Assembly: GCF_000315625.1 (NCBI RefSeq)
Contig: NW_005434570.1
Span: forward strand, 11,413 to 75,412
Length of the DNA: 64,000 nt
Source of the DNA: Guillardia theta CCMP2712
Taxonomy: Eukaryota; Protista; Cryptophyta
Direction of reading: 5' to 3'
Part shown: positions 24,251 to 37,749 of the stretch, one piece after another
How positions within the stretch are numbered: position 1 is the stretch's first letter
Layout of the letters: every line of letters begins with the position of its first letter
Notes under the pieces: generated by a model
What the model saw: the letters and a program-made list of their open reading frames with translations, nothing else
Databases searched by the model: none
What the model was told of the DNA's origin: nothing
Translations under genes and position numbers: made by a program

Positions 24251-27200
24251 GAACATTCTGTAGGATTTCGCCCAGGAAAAACCAAGGAAAAGAAGCTTTT
24301 TGTCAGTTCTCGATCTCCCAGTACCGGTTATGACTAATGACCCGGTGGTTTTCCCTGAATAAGGGGGTGGTGGTACCTGGATTGTTTGAGAGGGGTCGTT
24401 GAATTAGTTTTTAATACAGCGTGTTTTTGTTCAAATATCTGATAGCTATTTTTGTAGGAGTCAGTTAGACATTTGTATCATTTTCGTTTTATTTATTTTT
24501 ATATATATAAACACATACATGATGTTTACATATTGTTACCAGGAACTTCCAATCCCGTACAGAATGTCACAACATACCGGTACTGCTTACCCCAAAATCT
24601 ATGTGGGGTGGGTGGAAATCGTCCCACCGCATCCAAAGACTTTTACTCAAAGTTTTAAGTCAAAGAGGATTTTATGTTTGGAATGGCATCATTCTACAAC
24701 AGAGCATGAGATTGTGATGATTGAGCAGAGTCTCTCGAGATCCCAAGCATTCTCTTTCTACAAGCAACACTGCATGGCAAGCAAGGATGCGAATTTCACC
24801 GTCAATGGGGCTTTGGCATGTTACATGCCGGGAGCAACACAACACAAGGCGTTGTCGTCATGTGTTTGTCTAGGATAAATCGTATCCTCCTCATGTTTGG
24901 AAAGTTTTGAATAGCCTTGAAGATTTTCCTGCAGATGAGCCGCCCAGTCATATTTACCTTCTCAACCCCTATGAAGCACATTCTGAGGTTTACACAGGAT
25001 TTCTGTCAGAACCTGCAACAGTTAACATGGACACATGCAAACGTATGAAGAAGCATGGACACGTGCAAATGTATGAAGAGGATGTTGCTTCTTCGAAGAT
25101 GGTATGGAAAGACTCGTGACAATGAAGAAAGTTTGGGCCAGGAAAAATTTGAGGAAATTTCCCAAATGCGTTAAGCTTTCCTCATAGCTGCATTGTACCA
25201 TCAATCAGATGTAGGTAGCCTCATTTTAAATGTTCTAGGCAGGTGCGAAGCGGATGTTCTCCTATAAAATTTATGGTCTACGATACTGATTCATGCAACA
25301 CTTGTGATTTTCTGATCGTAATAATCAGATTGTCAGAGTGTGTTTCCATATGTTAGATAACCTCCTCCACTCAATATGGTAGATTGAATTTGAGCTTAAT
25401 GATAGTTTACTAAACCAAAGTTGAGGGTCCTCTCAAATAAAGCTTGGTTTAACATCTCTGCATCTGAGCAGCAAGTGTGCTGCTTTTCGCTGCAAGTCAG
25501 ATGTCAAGCTTTGCATCAACAATAATTTTCTGCGACAGAGCAAGTATTCATTTGAATCCAGGAATATATATGTCAAAATCAAGCCTGCATGCTTTTCTTG
25601 CTGGAATTCTATCTGAAAGTCTCTTGAGAAGCTAGTCATCTCTGCAGAGTATCTGTGAACTCTCCAGCGCGCAGTGTTGTAACAAGGGAAGTGAAACACG
25701 GAGATTATCCGTTTGAATGCTCTCACAACGATCATTGGGCTGCATGCCTTCCAGATATCTGCGATACCTTCTGTGTCATTGTCTCTCTCAACAGCTTCTC
25801 ATCCAATGGTCCGCATCAGCAAAGGACAAGGAGGCAGCAAAATAAAATATTTTGGAGGAAAACTCTCATTGAAAAACTCAAAGCACATGTGTAAGCTTCC
25901 GAATCACACATCCGTCGCAAGCCTTCAAGCACACATGCATGTTGGGCTTCTGATTCACCTGTGTCATTGTCTCTCTCAACTGCTTCTCATCCAATGGTCC
26001 ACATCAGCAGATGGTTTGCATCTATGCCAGCATCAAGGAAGGGTAAAGGACAAGGTGGCAGCAAAATAAAATATTTTTCATTTTGTACTGTTATCGACAT
26101 ATAAAAATTATTCTAGTGAACATTTCAAATCAATTTCGTAAGGTCTCAAATTACCTGGTACATCCGACGGCTCCGAGTCAACAACGGTTGATGTCAGGGT
26201 AGAAATTCATTGGTATGAAAAGACTACTTCCGTCATGCTTTCCCTGCTTTGACACTTGACTGTCACGGAAGAACGGTGGCACTCCGGCGCACACTGCCAC
26301 GTTGCGTCCAACATAGCAGTCGGACGCTGATTCATACCTGAGGTACGGGTGTGCTCCCACTGGAACAGAATGTCGACGCTCCTTTCCGAATAGAGTGACT
26401 GCCTGCACAAACGTATACTCGATTCATCATGTGCTTTGAGATGAAGCGTGTTACCGATTTCGTTTGCCACATTGAAAGCCTTCCCATGAATTGCAGCTAC
26501 TACTTCCTCATCCGCAATCAGAATTCTGTTGCAGAAAAGCTTTCGAAATCGCTCATATTTTTTTCACTTGCAGTGTGTGCCTGATACTCGTGATCACTGG
26601 CAGCACATGATGACCACAAGGCAACCTCACCTGGAGACAGACGCCCACCGCTAGTAGCAGTATGATTAAACCCATAACAGCACAAGTAAATGCCTGTGAT
26701 ATGTCATTCCACTGAAAGATTCCCTACCCCCTCCTCCCCAACTCATACTTACTCAGTGCAGGACATACTTCAGGTGAACGCACGTTGCTATAGACATGCT
26801 TTGGATCCAGCGGTTTCTTACCAGCCTGATCATTTTTCTAGTGAATTACGTAAATCGCAAGGCATCCCCGACAAATTCCATGTGATTGTACAAAAATGCG
26901 CATACGCTTCCGGATCTCGACATCAACTTCCAAGCCAGAATCAAAAAGGTTCTGGCCCAAACAAACATATTCTCTTTCTAGTTTCTGTAGCATAACCTTG
27001 GCGAATACTGAGTTCAAATCGTATGACAGGGGAACCTTTGATCACTTTTGCATCTTGGTTGCAAGACCAATAAAGTTTCAATGCTCGCTTACACTTTGCA
27101 CGCGGCGTCGACCGCAGCTTCGAACCTCTTCAGGTAGCTCAGTGAGAACGGCACTCTCTGCAAGCTTGCATCCCATGAATGCAACAATGCCTGCAAGGGA

Positions 27201-28356
27201 TACAGGATATATTGTAGGAGGTGAACAGGCTCTATCAAGGGATTGAAAGAAGGCATGAAAGATGAGATTGAAAGAGCGGTAAGTCTTTCACTGGCGAGTA
27301 CGGGTGTGCGCAGGAGAATGGTTGTAAGGCATGGAAGGGACACGGGAAGGGGATCTTGCAGAGTGACGGAGGATGGGATGGAAGGTGCTGAGGACAGTGA
27401 TGTTGGCGAGGTGGATGACGGAAACAGGCAAACGGTGAATGACAATACAGTGAAAGGGGACGAGAGCAGCTTGATTCCCACCAGTTTGAAATGGGTGGAG
27501 GCGAATACAAGAGCAATTTATACAACACACAATGGCATTTCGGAAACAGAGAGAAAGGATATCCTGTTTACAAAACCTTGAAGCCTCGCCATTTCTACAC
27601 CAAAGATCATTAGAAGAGATGAAGTGAACTGCGGTTTCTTGTGAGGGAAATAGAAATAGAAGCCAGATTACTGGGGGTATGTGGAGCGGGAAGGTCATTG
27701 AGAAGCTGTTCCAGGTCAATCGGCTGTACAATGTATTGAAGGACGACATGATTGGTCAACACAAAGATCGTAGCGACGGGCCTGTTGAGATAGTCAGTTT
27801 GTGTATGAGGAGTTCTTTTCTCTAGCTTCTGACACCGAGTATGGTTTTGCACCGCTTGTGACCAGCCAGGATACCGTTCTTTCTGGTGTACGCTCCGTAC
27901 AGGAATATCTTTGGAGTCAGGCAGGATCGGAAGAGCACGGTCGGCAGGGAGTAGGATAAAGTCAACAGCAAGCTCGACGAGGTCAAGAGCAAGTTCGATC
28001 AATCGAGTAGGGCGATGGGGCTCGTACTAAAGCATCTTAATGTCAACCCGTAATTGGGTTTTGTCAAGTGACTCTTACTGCAGACAGTGGCCCATGCCTG
28101 TCAAGACCTGTTGCATGCTTGTTGATGAGCGCTGCCATGTTTGTGTATTCAATGGTTACAGTGGCTCACCGAAGCGAGAGAGGTCAATAGAGTTGAGTGA
28201 GAGAGCCTCGGACTGGACTCATTGCAAGAACCCACGCGACTAACTTCGGACATACGATGATCTTTGGCACGCCGATGGATATGCTTTTGCGACTGAGTTC
28301 AGTTACTGCTATCGGAGTCACGCTCAGTGAAGGTGCTTCAAGTCTTCAGCGGTTGC

Positions 28357-30379
28357 TTAGCTCTGCTGCCATGGTAGCGCATCGATGTCCACGTTGCCTC
28401 CGCAAAGAACTACGCCCACCCTCTTAATGCCCTCCCGGTCCTTGAAGCTCTTGGAAAGAGCAGCAGCCTGAGGTGAAGGAGGATGAGCAAGAGCAAGAAC
28501 AGGAGCAGGAGCAGCAAGCACAAGCAACTGACCACCCCAACGGCAGCGCTGGGCTCTATCACAAGCTTCATCCTCATCCAGACCAGCCGCATGGCCGAGA
28601 CGATCTCCTCCTCCGTTACCGTGATGACCTCAAGGTGGGTCAGCCGCAACCCGTCCGATCTTCCTCCCTCATCCCCTCCCTCACATCGGTGATGTGATCT
28701 TGGATGATGGGCCATGTCAAGTCCCCCATGCTTGTCAGCAGCCCGTCTGCGATGGTCCGCGGGTCGGTTTGCTCGCAGAAAGTTCCCGTCCTGCCCCTGA
28801 GTCAAAGGCGCTGCTGTTCCCCTCCTGCTGGACCTGAACGACTTTGCGCAGTCATCAGCCCCAACGGGCTCAGCCGCGTACACTCGAATGTCTGCTAACA
28901 CATCAGCACTACTCGCCTTGTCCACTCCCCTCGGCCTGCCCGCAGGCTGCCTGCCTTCCTCTCAGGCTGCCCGTGTCCCTGCCTTCAACCCGCTCTCACT
29001 ATCTGGTTTACCTGGCTGAAGCCCCTTGGCAGCGATGCAGCACCCGGAGAGCATCCCTCCTCCTCCAACGGGGATGATGATGGCGTCAAGCTTGTCTTCC
29101 CCGATCTGTAGGAAGCAGGGTCATGCTACTCCGATCATGCTGCCGCGTCCTCTGCCAGGCACCGTCAACCTGAGTGAGAAACTCGAGGGCGAGAGTTCCT
29201 GCAAATGGGTAATGAGGGATCGACCTCGCCTGCCATCTGCATGCACCTGCTCCACTGATGATGTCCGGATGGTCGTAAGGTGGGACGAACACAGATCCAG
29301 GGTTCGCAGACAAGATCTCATCCGCTGCCCTCTGCCTGTCTGCTACGATGGGCTGAAAAGGGATGATAGTGATGAGTGTTTATCGAGGGAAAGACTCGCC
29401 GGGTTACCTCACAGAAGACAACCTTTGCACCATATTCCTTGACGGCATCAACCTTGGGTTTGGATGCGTTGGAAGGCATGACAATATGAGCTTCCATGCC
29501 TGCTTGCTTCGCTGCAAGGGCGAGCGCCTGGCAGGCGTAAGCCAAGGATACACCGAGGGAGAGCATGGCGTTGAGGAAACGAATTATGTATGTTGAAAGA
29601 AGACAGAGGATGAAAGAAGGAAAACACAGCATCTGAGACGGTGACAGAGTCCGCGAGGGAGTTGGAGAGAGAGAGGGGCAGGAGGAGACAAATCGAGCCT
29701 GGAACCTGCGCATGATTGCCGGAGCTATGAGTAACCAAGGGTCCCTTCCCTCCTGCAACGCCCATCAGACACATGCACACATGGCTGCACACTCATGACC
29801 TGCTTGTTTGTACTTGCGAACAGCATTGGTAGCTCCTCTGAACTTGAAAGCTCCAACTTTCTGTGACCATCTTCGTGAGCAAACTACATCTAAGGGAGAA
29901 GCAAGCCCGCCTGAAAGTTCTCACACTTGAAGAGGATCTGGAACCCTGCTATCCTGTCTATCGCCCCACACGTCATCACCTACTGTCTGGTCAGTCGCCT
30001 CTTGCTTTCATCTCTCGCGGAACAGCCAACAGGAGTCAGGTTGACTGCATCCTTGATGTTTTCGTAGGCCTCTTTGACGCTGTCCAGCGTTGCTGCATAG
30101 CTTCTGTAGCAACCAAACAAAAAAGTATCACTGATCGACATGACGAAATAAGATTGATCTCCTCTCCTTCCTTCTCAGAACCCCTCTGATTCTTCAATCG
30201 CCTTGACCCTAGTTACCTCCTGCCTCCTGCCACCTCCATCACTCTCCTCATGTCTCCTGTCGCTCATGTCCACTGTCTCACCATCCCACATTGCATCCTC
30301 CTCGCCTTGTCTCCCCCCCTCCTCCCCTTCCCTCATCGTCACAACATGACGAAGCTTACCTAGCGCCTTGTGATGCCAT
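28357..30379 (-). CDS. SRR: Serine racemase / PLP-dependent Ser/Thr dehydratase family protein
   Basis: FKCENFQ|KVGAFKFRGA (PLP lysine), THSSGNHAQ, PPYDHPDII, PVGGGGMLSG, TIADGL, IEPSAAVG, VLCGGNVD; first exon MASQGAR splices in frame. Confidence 0.93.
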
Positions 30380-30439
30380 TGTGACGACAACCTTATTAGC
30401 TCAATCAATTACCATACAAAAACTTTTCCAGCTCATTCT

Positions 30440-30965
30440 TGATCCGATCGGGCTCGGACCCGGTCACCGGGTGATCGGACCAGTGACTCGGCCGTGGCGC
30501 CGCGCCGCAACTTACGAAGTTACTAGCTACAGTGCCGCACCGCGAGCACCATTGCTGCAAGACTGACCAGGTACTATCGCGTCCGCCGACTATGCTGATT
30601 TGGAAGTTCAACGGACCGTGACTCCTAGTGATTCCGGAGTACGGTCCGAAGCTCCGGATAACTCCCGGCCGGGGCCAGCCGCGCGGCCACCCCGGCCCTG
30701 CCATGCATGGGCTGGCATCCGATGAAGCCTAGGCTCGTCGCTCGGACCGTGTTGCCCGCCGGTGGCCGCGACCCGGACTCCCGTCGACTCAGCGGGGCCC
30801 TTACTAAGTTAGGCCCTGACCGTCGGACCATTCGGAAGTTCAATGGCAGTGCCATCATCATGTCGGATCGGATGATGACGGTCACTGAGTCACTGGCCGG
30901 GCCAGGCCTCTTCTCAGTTCGGAGCAGTGCGGCGGGGGCGGCCGCCGCCCGGCTCGGGTCCATGC
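30440..30965. other. CCGG-rich intergenic island 4
   Basis: Same vocabulary; between divergent SRR and RWP-RK genes. Confidence 0.8.
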
Positions 30966-31476
30966 AGTGTGAGAGGGTTATGAGCCTCCTGACTTCTTGG
31001 AAGGACGTGATCTCCAATCGAAGCTCAAAGATTGCATATAAACAACGATTCGTCTAAAATAATTCTTTTATGGTGATCTCGTGCTCCGAAATCTTCGTTG
31101 GTCCCCTACCCCCTTTTTCACCCTCTGCTCTTCCTCTGCCCTGGTCCCTTGGCTTGCAACTTCTTGTTCCCCAAGATCTCCCTCGTGTCACATCACTGGA
31201 GAAGCACGTTGTTCGCAGAGCGTTTCCATGTTGCGCCATGATGGAAGATGTTTCATGTGCACAGTTCCCCTTCGATGTTGTCTTGATGGTTGTGAATTAC
31301 ACAAAGTGGATCTCCTTGATTCTCTCTGCACAGTCTCAAGTTTGAAAGATTGTATTTTTGTGACTGATTACCAAGGATTGCATGCATTTCTGTTGTGACG
31401 AGTCATTTTGAAACTTTCATTCACAGGGTTTCGTGCGAGCCAAGGATACAGAGGGACTTGAAGGAAGCACGTTGAG

Positions 31477-32143
31477 ATGTCGGTGGTGTCCGAAACATCC
31501 CAGAATCGGCCTGATTCCCCTCCAGTCGTTGTCAACGACAACAACACAGTAACTGTCCATCCCCGCAGAAAGTCGGGGTCCTATCGCGATTCACCTGTAG
31601 TGACCGTGACACTTGAGAGACTTTCCAAACTGTATGGTCATAGCGTTGAGGAGGCAGCGAGGCAGCTGGTATGTAATCCCTCCCATCTGTACACGATCCT
31701 TGTCATGACCTAACAGAGTCGCTGATGTATTGTATGTGCAGGGACTATCAGCGACGGCGTTGAGGAGGGTCTGTAGAAAGCTCGGCATCAACAAGTGGCC
31801 ATATGAACGCAAGCAGGTGACCCCCAGCCAACTTGGAGAAGACGAGTTTGAGCTCGACGACGACGATAAGATTCAAGAGGACTTCGATTTCTGTGCATCG
31901 AGTGGGACGACGAGTTGCAGCCATGACGACCAGGAATACATCCAACGTGCTATATTGTTTCATATGAGCTCACAAAGAGTTTCCGGCCACAATGCAAAGA
32001 AGGGAAGCGAGAGCGTTGATGCGGAGGACCTTGCTGAAGGATCAGGGGAGGACAGCAGCTCGTCCGAGGAGCTGGCGTTAGACAAACACTTTATTGCAGA
32101 ATTTATCAGAGGTGACGAAGGGAAGTGGGCCGAACAATCGTGA
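31477..32143 (+). CDS. RWP-RK domain transcription factor 1 (intron 31669-31741)
   Basis: VTLERLSKLYGHSVEEAARQL|GLSATALRRVCRKLGINKWPY. Confidence 0.92.
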
Positions 32144-32329
32144 AGCAGTGTTGGGTTGAACTGCTCTGCCCTGATCGATGTTGTTACGAGAAGTCACGAT
32201 CGTGCTGTCGTAAGAACTCAAAGTGGTATTCTACTCAATTCATGCGAATTGATTAGATGAATTCTTCAACTTGACGTGTTTGTTTGCCACCAGTTTGCAG
32301 CTTATTTATTTTGACTGTAACTGAGCTTG

Positions 32330-32930
32330 TCAGCGGCCTTTACCGTGCGGTCAAGCTGCTCAGTTTGCGAGCCTGAGTGCCGCAGTGCGCACGACGGTGC
32401 GGCTAGGCTACGGCACTGACTCATGTGAAAAAGCACGGCATGGTCCCGGCTAGCGGTTGATCAGCCGCACCGTCATGATGATATGAGTGATGAAGATGAA
32501 AATCATAGGTACTTTAGTAATGATTGAATAAACTCCGAGACACACTGTGACTCAGGCGCGGCTTCTTTCGAGTCGCCGGCGGCCGCGCTGGGCCGCCGGA
32601 AGTTCGAAGTTCCGGGCCCGGGCCCGCCGGCGGATGCCGGGCTGTACCGTCCGGAGTCCACTACTCGGTGCCGCCGGCGGCCCGGCGGCCGCCAGTCACA
32701 GGCTCCGAGTCTCTGAGGCGGTTGGCGGCGGGCGGCGTACTAACGCCGGGACGGTACCGTGCCGCAGTGCCGGAGTGCCGCGAGTCTGCACCACTGAGTC
32801 TGTGCCAGTGTGTGATCGGACGGTGCAAGTACGGTCTGTGCCTGTGCAGACTCCGATGCTCGTGGACACTCAGTGACAAGGCCGCGAGTCTACTAGGCTA
32901 TCATCATGAGTCCGAGTCCGAGTGACTGGC
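32330..32930. other. CCGG-rich intergenic island 5 (resumes at ~35565-35670 after the TIR element)
   Basis: Same vocabulary on both sides of the element. Confidence 0.75.
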
Positions 32931-32931
32931 A

Positions 32932-35564
32932 CCATTCCATGGCATTTTCTAATGCTCGCTTTTGATCATTTTCGAGCGGGGTACCTCAGCCTAGCTAGTA
33001 GGATTTTTGAATGGTCGGCGCACTGAAAATTTGTACCAGAAACTTCGATAATGGTTGAAAGTATGTTTGAATCGGGGACCGTGTCGAGCAGTTTTAGGTT
33101 TACAAGTATTCTTGCTTCCTCCAAACAACAAGGTTTCAAACATTAAAACTATTTTTGACCTTACACGCTTTTACACGCCTGGGGGGTGCATATACAACCA
33201 AATCGCCTGCCCTACCCTTCCCCCATTGCTGCATCCGCACCCGCCGGCGCAGGCGGCGTTTGTTTGAATCCGAGATGGCTCTCAGCCAATGGCTCTTTCA
33301 TCGTATTCAAGCTCCAGGCCATCCAAGGTTGGATCATGTGTGAATGTTTGTACTTTTTGCGACATACTGCAAGACGACGTTTCAAACAGCTCGAGCTTGT
33401 TTTTCAAAGGAAGCTGTAGGAATCAGCATCGCCATGGATTCCAGAGCCTAGGGCTGTTTTCGAATCCTTTTGATGCTCATTGCAAGATGGAGAATTGCTC
33501 GTTTTTGGTGATCAAGCATCCACAACCCTTTTTCGTATGATTGAGCTTCGAGCACATCTCTGACTGTAGAGTTGTTTGGTGTCAAGATTGTTTCTCGTAA
33601 AGGATCTCTCTGATTAGGCAATTGATTGTTGTTTTGGTTGGCATTCTACAAGACCCATACTTCCTCCTGTCTGTGTCAACCAAGCACATAAGCATAAGGC
33701 ATGTCAGTCGTGTAGGCAACTTGATTGCAAATAGATCGCAAGTGTAAGATCGATGAACTATTCAACGCCATGAATGCCGGATGTGAATGGACTTCCCTCA
33801 GGACTTCTCAGTATCAGAACCAGCGAGCTAAGACATAAGGTAGAGTCTCCATTGAATATCATTCCTGCGAATGTAATGTTTTTATCAGTTGTGGGGAAGA
33901 GAAGCATGGAGACAAGCGGGTGCCCAAGCGAATAGGAACATCTTGCGGATGTAGGTTTGGACAAAGACGGCGATGATTCCGAGGTTGTGAAACAGGCAGC
34001 GAAAAGATGCTGAGGTTTTCGGAGTTCATAAACATGGCTTGTGACGAGCATGTCACACGTAAAGCGATGGAAAACAACAAACAAAAATTGTAAAGCAATC
34101 GAAAGCAACGAAAATCAATGGAAAACAACAAACAAAAATTCTTCTCAAAGGTCTCACTCCTTGACTTCAACCACTGATTGAACATCTTTTTGACCTCGGT
34201 CATATCTCGACAAATCCGATTGTACTCCGCCGCTGAACAGAAAGTTGTTTGCGCCATCTTTTCAACGAGTGGTGCCGGGTTTGCAATCGAGAAGTGAGAG
34301 ATTTCACAGAATTTATTATTTTCGATGTCGTCTTCATGAAAAAATATATACCCATGCACTCTGAAATTATCGTGGAGATCATCGTTGGCATGCTCCAACA
34401 TGCAAGGAAAGCTGAAGAAACACATTTTTGGTATAGCATTTATTTCATCCGTATCCTTGTAAATTGATTGATAACAATCACGGTTTCCAACTTTGTTCAA
34501 AATTCTTTTCAGGGCCACACAGTGCACTCAATTAGTTATAATGGTTTCGTCTACATGTTCCAAGAGGACTCCATTGTACATAATGTACACTTCGACAACC
34601 TGTGCATCTGAGTGCAGCGATTTGATCACGCCCAGTCGATTCACTTCAACGCCCCTGTGATCTTCACACTGATATTGAACCCCTGTGCCAGGCTCAAGTA
34701 TGATATTCAAATTAAGCCTGGCTTTTTCCAGTACATCCTGGGCAAGTCTCGATCATCAACTGACGTATGCAGGATCATTCGAAGCTTCAAATCTTCAGGT
34801 GTCTTTGACTCATCACAAGTCTCTTCCTGCTCCAAGAATGTATCGAAATCTTCCTGCCTTCGCCTTCTCTGAATTCCATTTGTTGCTGATACACGACGGT
34901 GAAGATTCATTTGTTTGGTGTCTGTAACTGGAGCGCAAGGGAAAGGGAAGCAACGGGGAGGGAGGGGAGCAGGGGGGAGGGAGGGAGCAGGGAGGAAGTG
35001 AGGGGAGCAGGGGGGGAGGGAGGGAGGGAGAAGAGCATGGATGGAGGAGGGGAGGGATACTTGCAATGGGATCTCAGGATTTTTAATGAAAATTATTTGC
35101 TCTTTGATCGGGGGCAAGGGGACCTGTGTTTCGGTGGCACCCTATAGACATAGGGTAGGTATCCATATAAAACAACCGGTGTAGAAAAAAAAGATTGCCG
35201 TTGCTAGCTGGCATACGACTCCTTGATTTGAAAACAAAAATACTTATTGGCTGGATTTACTACACTCGTCAATGGCTGACACTAATAAGATTTCATGAGC
35301 GTGTATCGAAATACTAGTGATACGAATAACCCTACCCCCTCCATATCAGATAAACATACCGGTACACAGGGTAGAGAGCAGCTAAGAGGCGTGTAAGCCG
35401 GAACTCAAATGCTTAAAACGAATATAAAAGAGTACTGAGTGGTACAAATCATTCTGGTACAAAATTGACTAAAACCTGTGCTCTTATGATCAAATTAACA
35501 GGTACAAGTGTTTGTTAAAAGGATATTAATTTATAATTGGGCATTAGTAAATGCCATGGAATGG
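32932..35564. mobile_element. Putative DNA transposon (TIR element), probably non-autonomous/decayed
   Basis: Left CCATTCCATGGCATTTTCTAATGC (32932-32955) vs reverse complement of 35541-35564 CCATTCCATGGCATTTACTAATGC: 23/24 match; AT-richer interior; no clear TSD. Confidence 0.75.
33859..34909 (-). pseudogene. Disrupted ORF inside the TIR element
   Basis: ORFs 34710-34528 and 34527-33859 are in frame but separated by a TGA; a further upstream piece is frameshifted near 34707. Confidence 0.55.
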
Positions 35565-35976
35565 GCGCGGCTGGCCCGGCCGGGCCGGGCACCGGGCATC
35601 ATATGCGATCACTGCCGATCCATCATGCGCGCCGTCCCCGGCCCGGTCCGGCAAGTTCAACGGGGAACTTAGGACATCCGAGATGCCAGTGCTGCCGCAA
35701 GTATCTTCTTGCCAAGTTGTTTCCTTTTGCATGGAACTTGAACTCAACAAACAGCAAAGGCCTCTCCAACAGTGGCACCCGATCTGTTGTCTAGCCAAAA
35801 GTCTAGCCAAAAGATCTAGCCAGGGAATATCCTGGCTATATCTAGACATCCCAACATAGATGTAGATGTTGGGATGCAATCCGACTCAACGAGCAGCACT
35901 CACCGCCGGTTTGAAAATGGCGGGGTAATTTGTGTTCAAACAATTACCCGGCTTGAGTGACTCATATTTTGGGGAT

Positions 35977-36693
35977 TTATTCGACACAGCACATCTTTGG
36001 CCTTGGAACATCAAAGTCACTGAAGCGATTCTGATCCTCTACATGTTCCAGCGCTTCTTCCATCCAAGCGTCTGCTCCCAACCAAGCCTTTGAAGTTCTT
36101 TGCTTGATTCCGCCGTACTGGCGCTGGTAAGGCCAACGGTACACTCCAATCTTTCTACACACATTCTTCAATGTAGACAAGGATATTCCCTGAGGTTAGT
36201 GAGTTAAAAATCAATGTTTGTAGAGAGGAAAATGAAGAGCTTACAAGAGCAACAGCTGCGTCCGGTTGTGGCATGTCGAAGAATTTCTCGACATCCTCTC
36301 TAGAAATTTTCAGTTCTTCTCGCATGTTCAAGGAGGATTCTATGCTGCTATCTCCTTGTTTCCTTTTGCGTGGAACTAAACGAACAGCAAAGGGCTCTCC
36401 AACAGTGATCTTTCGACTAGGTGTTGGGATGACAGAGCCACTCGCATTTGGAAATGGTGTGGTAACTTGTGTTGAGGGTTCATGGTTATCCGTAGTTTTG
36501 CGATGTTCTGGCAATAAAATGTTGTCAAACATCGACATGACTTGAACACAAAATACTCACCAGTGACATATTTCCTAATTTGAAGATCCAAGGATGGGTT
36601 GAACATGGGCTGACCGATGGCCTTGATCGGAGTAACCATGGGACCAGTTGTCATGCTGATTGCAGGATTCACAGCTGCAATAGAAAATTGCAT
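35977..36693 (-). CDS. RWP-RK domain transcription factor 2 (introns 36559-36508 and 36244-36190)
   Basis: ISREDVEKFFDMPQPDAAVAL|GISLSTLKNVCRKIGVYRWPYQRQY. Confidence 0.92.
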
Positions 36694-37749
36694 GTTCCGC
36701 AGGAAAGACGAATCGGTTTTTGAGCTATCTCTTGTCCAGTCAAGTCCTTTTGATTACAACCACCCTAGTGAATGAGTTGGGGACTATTGATATACCGATG
36801 GAGATGTAGTGGATAGCTGAGAGAAAGGGTTGCAACCAAATTTGTGACAGGCTATTGTGTTTTTGATGGAGAGCAATGTGGATTGTGGTTTTGACACGAG
36901 CAAACAGGCGATCTGTTTGCACGACAACGAAGGTGCGGAGCCAGCGCGTGGATGCCGTACATCTGCCTTTTTAAAACCCTGCTAGTACACCATTTATAAG
37001 TAGTATTTTAATTCGACCTCCACAATAGCGAATCGTTGTCTTTGAACCTGATACACCCTCTTAGAAAACTTTGAACACCCCTTCCAACTCATTATTGATT
37101 GACCCGTCCATATTGACTACCATGGTTCACGGATCTATACCCGTCTATATACATGTAAATTTATTTTGTTTTATACAGTTTAGTATGAGTGGATCTTCGT
37201 TGAGTATGTGCATCTACCGGTACCATCTCCTTCGGACCCAAGGGTCCAAGCTGCTTACACAGGGACAAAATTAAAAAAGATTTATTCTAAACGAAGCCAA
37301 GAAGGTAAATCTATTTTTAAAAGATATGAACAAAAGAGTTTTCCCCTGTCTGTGTCAAACCTGTTACGTAGGTCTCGAAAGCAAGCATGGACCCTTCATG
37401 AACTGAACCCCACTTTTCCACCTCAAAACTACCCTTCCCTCTTGGCAGTCTCCCCAAGTGCGGAGTCTGCCTCCTTGCTGACTATCTCCTCCCTCCACTT
37501 TAACCCCTACTGCCAAGGGATGCTAAAGCTTAAAACAACCAGGTGGTGTCCATGGGCTAGAACCGCGTGACTGTTCATGGGCAAATCGATCTATCTATGC
37601 GTTACAGACGGTTACAAAAACAAGCTCGCCTCATACTCTGAAACTACTGCGAAGAAAGAGATCATGTTCCATCGATTTGATAAATAGCTGTTCTATTTCA
37701 TTGTGACTTGGAATCTATTGATGTATATATTTCAATGAACACAATAAAT

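Noticed and set aside
24229-28300. Second TIR-bounded element
   Set aside because: No matching inverted terminus found by eye
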